Assembly (NCBI GenBank): GCA_020536535.1
Contig: JAHLWZ010000913.1
Coordinates: forward strand, 1-49,129
DNA length: 49,129 nt
Reading direction: 5' to 3'
Source: Pelomyxa schiedti
Taxonomy: Eukaryota; Protista; Evosea
Position numbers and translations under genes: made by a program. Below are positions 38,852 through 49,129 of this stretch, piece after piece. The notes beneath the pieces are model-generated. The model ran no database searches, was not told the origin of the DNA, and saw only the letters and a list, made by a program, of their open reading frames with translations. Every line of letters begins with the position of its first letter. The first letter of the stretch is position 1.

Positions 38852-41800
38852 TTACAATCTCCCAGTGGTACGTTTTCGTATTGGTTCTGTTTTGTTGGCT
38901 TGCTGCTGAGCTTGCATTGCCAGTATGATTTCCTTTACAGATGCTGGTGTTCCGTTTGTACTAGTATTGCAAGCGTTCACTGCTTTTGGCATTCGTTAAT
39001 CGTTCACTTACAAACATACAAAAAGAGAGTAGAAAATACCAGTAGGAGCTTCTGGAGCACTGTTAGGCTTTGGTGGCACCACCGGCTTGAGCACCACTTT
39101 GTTGCTTCGTGGAGGAGGCTGTGGTGCGGAGGCACAAGAATTATCTGGCCCACCTGGACCGGAATTCACTAATCCAGACGGTGGGCGAGACACAACCACA
39201 GGACGTGCCCTTGGATTAGTGCCATTAGTTGAGGAGGTTGGTGTGGGACTTGAATGTGTATTGGCTGTGGTAGTTGGGGCTGAGGCTGTTGTTGATGACC
39301 GCGGTGATGTCATTGGGGGCCGGTCCTCTGGGCGTGGTTCCTTCTTAGGTTCTTCTCCCAGGCTAGCCCTTTTTTGGTGTTGTTGTGGTACTTCTCTTTC
39401 AGGGTTCTCCCCCTTGTCATATTCTTCTTGGCATCCTTTGTTGTTTGTGTCCTGCTGTTGCTGTTGTTCGTGTTTCTGAGTGCCTTCATCATCAGCTCTC
39501 GTGGGAATTGTGTTAAACTGTTCCCTAGCTTCCTGATCCGTCTTCTCATGATCATCCACTTGGGTGTTTGCTGAAGTTTCTTTGGTTCTTGTGGTGTAGG
39601 TTTCCTCTGTGGAGTTGGCAATTGTTGGAGCACTGTGAAGAGCTGGTACAGTGCGAGAAAGTGGCTCAGCACATAGCCTGACAACTAAGCGGCCCTGTTC
39701 CACAGACAACGCGAAGTTGTCCGATGAGCACCTGTGAGGGAGTGGCACTGTCAGCGAGAATGATGATGTGGCAGCTGTTGTGGAGGAGTAAACCTCCAGG
39801 TCCTCCTTTGTGTGTAAGAATTCACTGAAGGATTGTGATTGCGCAGGGTGAGTTGTCCCGGATATCATTAGGTGTTGTGGTGACGTGGGTTTTGGGGTGG
39901 CTGGGGGTGCTGGAACGTTTAGTGATATGACGACACTGCTAGTGTCAACATCGAGGATCATAATGATAATATAGACAGTAGTTTTAGCAGTGTTGCTCAG
40001 TACTACGTAGCTGGGTTGATTGAAGGGGGCTAGGCTCGTGGGACGGACTGCTCTATTTGGCTGCAACCAAGAAGTGGATTTGTTCTATTGGCGCATTAGA
40101 GTGAGAATTCAAGGCAAAGTTACCGGCACTGGTTTGGCGTTTGAACTTGTCACTGATGGTTCACTGGCTGGGGGTAGGGAAAGTCTTTGACTGGGAAGAG
40201 TAACAGGGAGAGGAGGGACTTTGGTTGATTGGTTGTCAGGGGCAGGGTGGGTGGGTGTGACGGTGGGCTCAGCAGAGGTGCTAATGTCGGACGAGCTGCT
40301 TACAGTGTTAGAAGATGTCTTAGTAGCAACAGAAGTGCACTCCTTGGAGGAGTTTGAGGTTGCAGAAGGTGTGCTGTTCACTTCTCGTGAGGCATTTGCA
40401 TCAGTGTTGACAGTCGAATCAGGTGCTTCAATAGGGGAAGGGACTGAATTTGTAGCCTCTGTTTTTGGGGGCGTACCAATTGCTTCAAGCTTGTTCTTCT
40501 CTTCTTGCTCCTGTGGATTGCAATGAATAGCAAAAAGGGTGGGCAAAGACAAACTGTTAAATCAAGGAACTCCATGCAGAACTTGCAGACACGCACTGGT
40601 TCTTCTCCAATATGAGGCAGCACTCGTTTTAGATGGCAACACTTGCCACACATTATCTTTCCGCAATTTCTACAATGATGCTTGTTTAATGTTAGTAATA
40701 TTCAAGAACACAACAATGCAAACCCTCCGTTTGATCACAGTGAATTTTTGTCCACATATCATGCAGATGAGGGATTTTTTATCTTGAAGCCACACAGGAG
40801 CTTGGGTTGTATTTACAGCCGAACCTTGGGTGATAATCTGACTCGTACCTACATGAAATTTAATTTAGAAAATAAGTCTTTGGAAATACCAACGCCTCGA
40901 GCACCAAAGAGGATTTCATTGAAGTCTAGCAGCCACCCTATTGGTGCATTACAAAGGCCTTTCACAAAGTTGATTTGATACCGTCTCTTTCAGGGCGTTC
41001 TTCTGCGTACACAGTGAAGGATTTCCCATGTGCAATTATTTGAAAGGGATACTTGGCAATTTCACCATCAGTGGGTGCTAATGGATCCTCGTTTGCAATA
41101 GGGATAACTTTAAGCTTCTCTTTTGACACAGGAAAAGAACGATGAAACAAAAATGTGGTTTTGCCCGACTGACTAACCACTGGTGAACCATAAATGAGGC
41201 AATCCGAAAAGAGCCAGAAATGTCTTAAAGTGGTGAGGTTTTTTTTTTTACAACATGAAAATTACAACCTTTTTTTATCACTTTTCCTGCATTCTTTAAA
41301 CAGGTAACCTTCGCGAATAAAAAGGTGATCAGAAAGAATCTGCTCTTTCATATCTGCTGAGAGTTTAACGAAGGATTTTTCAATTTCAATCAGTTTGTTT
41401 CGATTTTGCTCTTGTTTGATGCTGACATTGACTGACTAAAAACTGTTCAGTCAAGAAAAAAAGGGTTGCTGTACTCACTGCTGCAAGGGATTCTAAGTCG
41501 TGGCAAACTTCGTTGACTCCAGAGGAGTCGGGGTGCTCGGCTGGGGTAACTTTAAGATATTCCTATACACTTTTGATAAGAAGCTTCACCCTCAATAATT
41601 GGGATACCTTCAGTAGAAGTGTATAGCGAGGAACCCTCTTTAATTGAGGTTAACCAACAGTCTTTGGAATAGTGCAACCTGAATAGGGGTAATCAGATAG
41701 GCAGCTAAATCCTTTCCTTCGCTGGCAGGCTTTGCTTTCACATTCTGACGAGATTTAAAAAAACAGAAATGTGGGTATGCTATCACCTCAATGAATGTTG

Positions 41801-43104
41801 TGAAGGCTTTGGATTTCTCATTGAGGGAGTAGATTGCTTGCACACATTTATCATAATTTTGAATGTATGGTGTGTATACAGCTGAGATAGAAGCAACCTA
41901 TCATTTTGATTGGAAGAGCTAACAGTGAAGGAGGAAACATACAAAAGGTGAAAAAACATCAGCCAGGCTGGACTCAGGAGTCCAACTTGAGTCATATTGT
42001 TTAAGGGCCTCACACAAGTTGCTAGACAATTTCTCGATGTCGGTGATATTATGAAATATAATAGGTATAAGTGTGGGCTTCATAATCGAAGATCCTGTCT
42101 CTTTGATGGGGTTCAAGTATTCCTGCGTTGTTACAATAATATTAAAAACTGACCAGTACCAACAAAGTATTGGGTGCAAAAGAAAAAAAAAAAAAAAGGG
42201 AATGGGGACAGGGAGGTCGGGGGTGAAGAAGTACATTGATCAGGACACCCAAACCCCTGAGGTAAGTCTTCTCAGTAGTGTACAATTCCTCCAACACCCT
42301 CTGGCGCTTTCCATCAGGTCCGGGCAAGTACTCCCTCTTTGGGACCAAAATAGACGGTGCCCTCCCACCCAGAACCCCCGAGGCTGAAGCCCCTCCCACA
42401 ATTGCAGACAAGGCCCCGTTCACGTTCACGTTCCCGTTCCCGTTCCCATTATTACTCGCACTGTCGTTCCCATTTGCAGTTCCGCTTGCCCTTCCGCCGG
42501 CGCTCCCCGTGCTGTCCACAGACACGCGCTTGGTGCTGCACTGGCTCCCGCTGTCGGAGGAGCTCCCGTCCGCACAGACGGCCGGGGCGCATGGCGGCGC
42601 CTGGGGCCCCGCGGACGTCCTCTTGCCCTCGGGCCCGGGGCCGCCGCCCCCGCCCGGGGTGCTGGCCCCGCCCTCGCACAGGACCCCCCCGCTGCTTCTG
42701 TTTTCTCTCGCGGTGGTGTTGCTGCCACCGCCGCCTCCGCTGCTGCTGCTGCCGGGGTCGGCGTCCGGGACGATTACGTCGGTACTGGTGGCGTCGCGGT
42801 GGACGTCGCCCGGGCATGTCGGGGCGGCGTGGGCTGGGGGAGGCGGCGGCGGAGGGGTGGCTGGCGGGGTAGGGGGAGGCCGCGGGCCCAGGGAGGCCGA
42901 GGCCGTGGACGAGGAGGGAGGGGGCGTGGCTGGTGGAGGCGGGGGCTGCGGGCGCCGCGGGGCTGCTGTCTGGGGAGGTGGGGGAGGCGGGCGGCTGGGG
43001 ATAGGGCGAAAGGGCTCGACCTCGGCAGTCGTGGTGGTGGAGGTGGTTGGAGCAGCGGGGGCCATGTGCCCTGCTCCGCTGGGTGCGTGTACTACCGCTG
43101 TCAT
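38852..43104 (-). CDS. FGD/Frabin-like RhoGEF: Pro-rich N-terminus, DH, PH, FYVE, possible alpha-crystallin-like domain, low-complexity tail
   Basis: DH: RQRVLEELYTTEKTYL, YLITPIQRVPRYTLLL. PH: EGYLFKECRK, HFWLFSDCLIYG. FYVE: APVWLQD...[28 protein letters not shown]...RVCKFC. Confidence 0.9.
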
Positions 43105-43682
43105 CGCAAAATTTCTTTCGTTGAATCTGCTATCAGAACATGCAGTTTTCCTGAGAAAAGTCGTTGAGAAGGAAAAGGGTTCTGCGATGGTGCCTAGGCA
43201 CCATCCCAAAAGTCCTCCTTAGAGTGTGTTGGTGGCATTTTTCCTCGAAACAAATGAAACACGAACTTCTCGGCGTGCAGGTTTCGCATCGCACAATGAA
43301 AGTGCGGTGTCAAACCCCACTGGTTGTGCCCGTTTTCGTGACACTGGTCACGAATTGGAGGTCAGAGCCGGCGATTGGCCGTTCGTCACGGATTTGCAGA
43401 ATCAAGAATTAATTGTGTCCCCTCAGAATTATGGTTGTTGAGTGCGTGAAGCCTCAACTAGTTCATCACAAGCACTTATGCTTTTGGATTCTAAACCTGA
43501 GCATTACCTAGCTCACTTTTTTTTGATTGTCATGCATACCTATGACACTGAAGCTTGCTTGATTTGGACTGTTCTTCTCCACTAGGTTGCTGTCAAAATC
43601 GATACCATTTGGTAGGTATTCTGCTGATGAAACGCCGGGCAAAGTTGAGACCAGTGCTGGTACTGTATTCAGCACCTCAAGT

Positions 43683-44096
43683 GTAGTGTCTGTATTCTCG
43701 TCAATTGGACCAAAGACCTCCCTTTTCACACTTTGTCACCATGTATACACAAAGAAATTAGTGGAGAACAATGCGCAAAAACAAAAGGCTTCACAGTCCA
43801 GGAGGATCTCTTTTGATCTTCTTTCTAGATAACAAGTCGTGGAAGCAACAACAAGCCAGAGTATTGTGGCCATTGACTTTAAAGTTTTCCCTGACCACAC
43901 CAGCCAATTTGTTCGCTTCCAGGAAAGAACACTGACATTTCGTACGCGATTCATAAAAATTACTCTTTGGGGAATGGATGTTCTCTTAGAAGAAAAGGAT
44001 TAGTAGATCCGGCTTGTCAAGAAAAAAAAGGAGAAAAACCTGCAGCGAATTCTGGGTCGTGGACTTGCGTTTGGCTTTGACTGCACAGTCAAGCGA
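43683..44096 (+). pseudogene. Decayed or highly divergent Rab-like small GTPase
   Basis: VVSVFSSIGPKTSL (G1-like); SIVAIDFK|ERTLTFRTRFIKITLW|DPACQEK (switch I/G3-like, joined over a 39-nt GT-AG intron at 43884-43922); GLAFGFDCT. Disrupted by in-frame TAA at 43830, a GA donor at 43972 and an A8 frameshift at 44022-44029. Confidence 0.45.
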
Positions 44097-44787
44097 GTTC
44101 CGTTCAATCACAAACCCTATCAGGTAAAAAATAAAAAAACCCAAACAAATAGGCGGACAGTTCTGCTGATGGGCTCCAGTACTGCTTCCTGTTCTCTTCT
44201 ACCTTTTTCTGTTTGTGGGCCTGTAATTGCCGTGCTTGTTAGAGAAGACATCCACCCTCGGAAACTGGCTCAGGTCGCTTTCTCCTTCTATTACCTAGTT
44301 TGCCCTGTCATCATAACCCTGTGCCAGGTCACTATAAAACTCAATCGGTCCTCACGTATACAATCAAATATTTCAGAAAGAGAGGTCTTCCGGCAAGCCC
44401 TCTGTGCAGAATTTCGAACAGCCAGCGGCCTCAATAGTATGTAAAATCGGCACTTTTACGAGATGGCATTGAATGGAGGTTCTTCCCTGCAGAGGCTGAG
44501 TGTTGGAGATGTAATGAGGAGACAGGTGTACCTGGTAGACTGACCATAGAAGATCACGAATCGCACTATGATGCGGGCTCAGATACAGAAGAGTACTATC
44601 TCACACTGAGGTCTATCTGCACTTCTTCCAGACTGCACCTCAAATCCGCGGTAGTTCTACTTCTAAAGGGTTTGTCAGGGCATACAAAGAGCAATCCTTT
44701 TAATTTGAGATCAAGACCAAAAAGTATGAACAGTACCTTGCTCTCGGACTTACTCAAAACCCAAAAGCCCGGGGAGGACAGCTTTGT

Positions 44788-45864
44788 TTGCAGACGGGCT
44801 CAACTGCGGAACAGCAAAAATTACGCTCATCAGTCAGCTCAAGTCCCCGACCAGCGGCCACATGTTTGCCAGAAGAAAAACAGTTAGGAGAAACGGAAGT
44901 ATCACCTAAAGGATATGTCCCCATTGGATATATCTCGCACTTTCAGTTCCAATGCGGAATTCCTGACGATCAGAATTCTTTTCAATCACTCAACAGTCCA
45001 CCAACTATCCCCCCCTCAAAACCCACTACTACTTCAAAACCAGCTCCCGGCACCAATGCTGACACCCAAGCACATCTGAATCGACCCAGAGAGATCCCTA
45101 TTAAGCGGCATTTAATTCACTCCCACCCACTATCCATTGAGACAGTATCAGTTCCTCAACACACCACTTGGGCCTCACTTACCATTCAACCACGCGTCAT
45201 AATCTCACCCACCTTTCAGCAACAGTCCACCAACAATGCATTCTGCCACCAGCTTATAATTAACAATGAACAGTCCAAAGGCAAGCCTGAGGATAAACAT
45301 AACCGCAAATGTATGAATAGAAGTCGGGAAGCTGAATCCAATGTCACCACTATTTTCTCTGCCAGGATAAATCCACGCAGTGAGAGTTTCCTGAATATAC
45401 GTGAGCTACTTTTTTATTCCTATGTGTCATATGCTATTTCTAATTGCATTAGTACATTAATAGCAATTCCAATAACAAAAAAAAAAAAAAAAAGGAAAAT
45501 TAACACACTAGTTCTAGCTTGGAACTTTCTTATTTCAGTGATGGTCATCAGAGCAGTAGTTCCATACAATAGAATAGAATTTGCTGACAGATGGAGAAAC
45601 GCAGTGGTGCAGTGCGGGGAATCTCGCCTAGCCAAAAAAGGAGTGGTGGAAAAGACTGTCATAACCAGCATAAAAATGAACTCTGAAACCCAGAGGCGAG
45701 AGACGACATACGTGAGTGTGACATCATTCCCCGGACCCGAGCTGGCGTCCAAGGCGCTGGTTACGTGGGAAAACTACATGTCGAACCGCGTGCCCAATCC
45801 CCCAAATTTTGACTTCCTGAGCTCTGGCATTACAAGTTGCATTGCCTTTGTGCCCAACTGGTGA
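44788..45864 (+). CDS. Hypothetical protein, possibly the 3' exons of a larger gene
   Basis: 358-codon open frame with a Pro/Thr-rich linker; it includes an A-tract that looks intronic; no recognisable domain. Confidence 0.35.
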   Translation: MQTGSTAEQQKLRSSVSSSPRPAATCLPEEKQLGETEVSPKGYVPIGYISHFQFQCGIPDDQNSFQSLNSPPTIPPSKPTTTSKPAPGTNADTQAHLNRPREIPIKRHLIHSHPLSIETVSVPQHTTWASLTIQPRVIISPTFQQQSTNNAFCHQLIINNEQSKGKPEDKHNRKCMNRSREAESNVTTIFSARINPRSESFLNIRELLFYSYVSYAISNCISTLIAIPITKKKKKRKINTLVLAWNFLISVMVIRAVVPYNRIEFADRWRNAVVQCGESRLAKKGVVEKTVITSIKMNSETQRRETTYVSVTSFPGPELASKALVTWENYMSNRVPNPPNFDFLSSGITSCIAFVPNW

Positions 45865-45952
45865 TTGTTGTTTTGGAAAAGGGAAAAAAAAAAAAGAAAA
45901 AAACAGCCGAGCTTCCTGTTCCTTTCGTCTTTTTTTCCGTATTTCGTTTGGT

Positions 45953-46258
45953 ATGGCGACCACCACGTCGTGGGCAGAGCAGTCCTTCGCCGAGGAAGAG
46001 GGAGGCCAACAGTACGACGAGACGTACGTCGACGACGGCGGCGGCACCGGAGACGACGCGCAGAACCAGAGCTCCAGGGCCTCGGCGCCGTCATCCTCCT
46101 CGTTGCAGCCACAACAACAAAGTGCTGCGCGCGGCCGCGGCGCCCGCTACGCAAGCAACAACCGCTACCTCGGCGACCCAGCCGCACTAAACACCCACCC
46201 ACAACAGCGCTACCAGCAGCAACCACGGCAGATGCACATGCAGATGCAGATCCCCCCG

Positions 46259-46298
<40 letters not shown>

Positions 46299-46569
46299 GC
46301 GTGCCACAGCAGATGCAGATGCAGCAGACAGAGAGGCAGCGGTATAGGCGGGTGGTCGTGGAGGAAGGAGGTGACTATTATGACGAGGGCGAGGGCCGAG
46401 GCTCGGCGGAGGGCGTGGCTGCCCACAGGAGCCCCCCTCCCACAATGGACAACGGCCGGCAGCGCGCCGGGCCCTACAGGCACACCACCCCTCCCCCGCA
46501 GCAGCAACAGCAGATGCATCAGATGCAAACGCAAGCCCCAGCGCAAGTGCAGCTGCCTCTTCCGCCTCC

Positions 46570-46649
<80 letters not shown>

Positions 46650-48770
46650 TACGGCAGATGAATCAGGCAGTAACTACCTCTGCGAGTAACACCCAGTTCA
46701 TTAACACCAACAACAACAACACCTACTACAGCGGAGGAGGAGGCAGGGGTCGGGGGCGGGGGCGAGGCCGCGGCGCCATCTACATCGGGGATGGAAATGG
46801 GAATGGGAATGGGAACGGCAGTGGGACAATTCAGGGCGTTGACCGTGTGTCACTGCAGTCCCTTGGCGGCGATGGGATAAACATCGAGGTTTACGGCATC
46901 GACGAAGCCGACGCGACTCCTCTGGGTGACCCCTCGTCGCGGAGCTACCCTCGGCCACAACAACAACAACAACAGCAACAACAGCAGCAACACTCGTACG
47001 CGCCCCCTCAAAGGGCCAGCCAACCACACACGCAAGCACAGTACCAGCACCCTCACGCCCACGCGCAGCCGTACCAGCCCGAGCAGCAGCAAGTCCAAGA
47101 GAGGCAACGGTCACAGCCACAGCCGCACCCGCAGCAGCAGCAGCGCTGGCAAGCACAACAGCAAATCCAAGAGAGGCAACAGTACTACCCCCCTCATCAA
47201 GGAATTCCACAGCAGCCAGCCAGGTATCAGCAACAGCAGCCGCCGCCACGCGTTGCTTCTTATCACCAGAATCCACAAGGGATGGTGGTGCACCAGCAGA
47301 ACCGAGGGTACCAACAGACTAGTGCGTATGCTGCACAGCCTAACGAAGAACTTTCACTTCAAGAAGCACAAAGGCGAATGCAAGCCAAACTTACTGCCAA
47401 GCGAATTGAGCTGACCAATAGTGTTGTGGCAAACAAATCTGAGCCCATCACGAAGGCAAAACCAAAAACATCCAATGTTGCACCCATGTCTACTGGGGAT
47501 AGGGATACACCAAATTCGCCAATTGAAAATAAACCCCACGTCGCTGAGAAAGGTGCCTATGCACCAGCGAGCCACTGGAGTGAACCAGACAATTCCCTTC
47601 CAAATGCTCCTCGTTTTACCCGAACTGTTAATGATGGCCAAGTTGTAGTGAAACTTGCTCTACCATCAACTCCAGGTATAAATTCTAACCCCGAGAAGAA
47701 TATCCCCATAGTTCCCCCTGCTTCAGCAGTGTCACCTCTCAAACCCGCAGCAGTACCGACGCAAGGTGCCTCTTCCCATTACGTTCAGCCACAGCATCAA
47801 AGTAACAGTGCACGTAATCTCCCCCCTGTTGCAGAAGTAGCCACTTCTGATACCAGTAACACAAGGCCTCCTGTCCTCACTCCCACCAGGCGGCAACAAC
47901 AAAATCAACCAAAGATTAATGTGAGAATGTCCAGAAGAAGCCCACATGCTGCTCCAAGTGCATGGGATTTCAATCCAACTTCAGAAAATAATACACCGAA
48001 TGCAAATTGTGCCATCAACAGCGAAAAGGACCAAGTAGCCCCTGAAAAGAGTGCCCAGCAGGACCCGAATCCTGGAGTATCCCCTCTGCCCCCCAGCATG
48101 ATCCCTTCAAATAGCGAGGGAGATCGTGCCACTGTACAGCATCCTACTCCACAGACCAAAGTAGCAGCTTTGGATGACAGGTCAACACCTAAGCAAGCAC
48201 CCACAACCTCAGGCGAGCAGGGACCGGTCCTACAAGATACCACCCCAACACCCTCAAATGGCAGCAGTACTTCAGCAGTTCCGGACAGAGAGGAGAACCA
48301 GGCGGAGGCCACACAGGAGCAAATTGATGACGGCGCCGAAAATGACATTGTTGCAGAAATTGCATTTTCTGATGGACAAGTGGTGGAGCTGCACTGTCCC
48401 AAGGTTTACTTGCACTCCTATCGCGCGTTATTTTTCTTACCACAACAAGGACGGGGACCCCCATGAAGCTGCTACGAAGTTTGTGGAACAAACCGGAATG
48501 CCGCCGCACTTTATTGCAGTGATTGAGGAACACCTAGCCAGTCTCCTTTCCCAACAAGGGGAAGAAGAAGAAGAAGAAGAAGCAGAAGAAGAACTAGACC
48601 CACAGAATCAAGAACAAGACCAGCAAAATGTTGAGGGTGCACCAGAGGAGCGAGTACCGGAAAATGAGCATGAACAAGAAGAACAATATGAGCCAGAGGA
48701 CCAATTGCAACAGGAAGAGGGCCAAGAAAACCAAGAGGGAGAGGGAGACCAAGTACAGCACAATGACTGA
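45953..48770 (+). CDS. Gln/Pro-rich low-complexity protein with RG repeats, a C-terminal PFU-like module and an acidic tail
   Basis: ATG at 45953 (MATTTSWAEQSF); open frame to 48403; GT-AG intron 48404-48449; last exon to TGA at 48770. Confidence 0.75.
46571..46648 (+). repeat. Pure (CAG)25 plus CAA microsatellite encoding Q26
   Basis: Uninterrupted CAG run 46571-46645. Confidence 0.95.
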
Positions 48771-48889
48771 ACCAAAAGAAAGCCAATCAGTCATCAATCA
48801 AAAGTTTTTTCTTTTTTTCGCAGCAGCTAGACAACGAAAAAATTAGAATTGGGTCGAAGGCTTCCACAGAAACCCAGTGAATCTTCTAG

Positions 48890-49129
48890 ATGGCCTCCGT
48901 CGGCGGCCGCGGTGGGAGTACGCCGCCCACCTCCCATAACTCAGAATCAGCAGGTTCCCCAGCAGTAGCTACCACCACCACAACCACAACCACAACCACC
49001 ACCACAGTCGCCAGTAGCAACAGCCCCACCCCAACAATGACATCTGCAGTAACGTCGGCGGACGCTTCGCACGCGGAGAGCCCGAACCCCAGCGCCAACG
49101 CCAACGCGAGGGGGCACGAGCACAGCCAC
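48890..49129 (+). CDS. 5' end of a gene with a Thr/Ser-rich low-complexity N-terminus, truncated by the window end
   Basis: ATG at 48890, open to the end: MASVGGRGGSTPPTSHNSESAGSPAVATTTT...; same GC-rich first-exon style as neighbouring genes. Confidence 0.6.
   Translation, partial: MASVGGRGGSTPPTSHNSESAGSPAVATTTTTTTTTTTTVASSNSPTPTMTSAVTSADASHAESPNPSANANARGHEHSH

Noticed and set aside
43296-43342. SECIS-like spacing ATGA-N12-AAA-N25-GA
   Set aside because: Helix II does not pair, a stronger competing hairpin exists, and no plus-strand selenoprotein gene lies upstream.

Overview
Compact, intron-rich eukaryotic DNA, amoebozoan-like. The Entamoeba-type serine acetyltransferase and Dictyostelium-type BEACH/ROCO genes suggest an anaerobic archamoeba such as Pelomyxa (inference). 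Bases 1-2685 are the end of a tandem tRNA-gene array. Its ~1989-bp unit carries Lys-UUU, Ser-AGA, Tyr-GUA (intron), Leu-AAG, Ser-UGA, Arg-UCU and Pro-UGG. One full and one partial unit are present, and the array stops at a fold-back junction 34 bp from the stop codon of the next gene. That gene (8707->2749, minus) appears to encode an LRRK2-like ROCO protein with an N-terminal Rab-like domain fused in cis (Rab-LRR-Roc-COR-kinase-WD40). All three enzymatic domains have lost catalytic motifs. The rest holds, in order: a giant BEACH/WD40 protein, GH47 alpha-1,2-mannosidase, serine O-acetyltransferase, katanin p60, DDX3/Ded1 helicase, Pho80/CYCU-type cyclin, ATP9/Neo1 flippase (one conserved segment apparently missing), a DH-PH-FYVE RhoGEF with a possible HSP20-like domain, a decayed Rab-like gene, a Gln-rich protein with a PFU-like C-terminal module, and a truncated gene start. 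Gene models were spliced by eye and family consensus motifs are recalled from memory, so boundaries and domain calls need RNA-seq and HMM confirmation.
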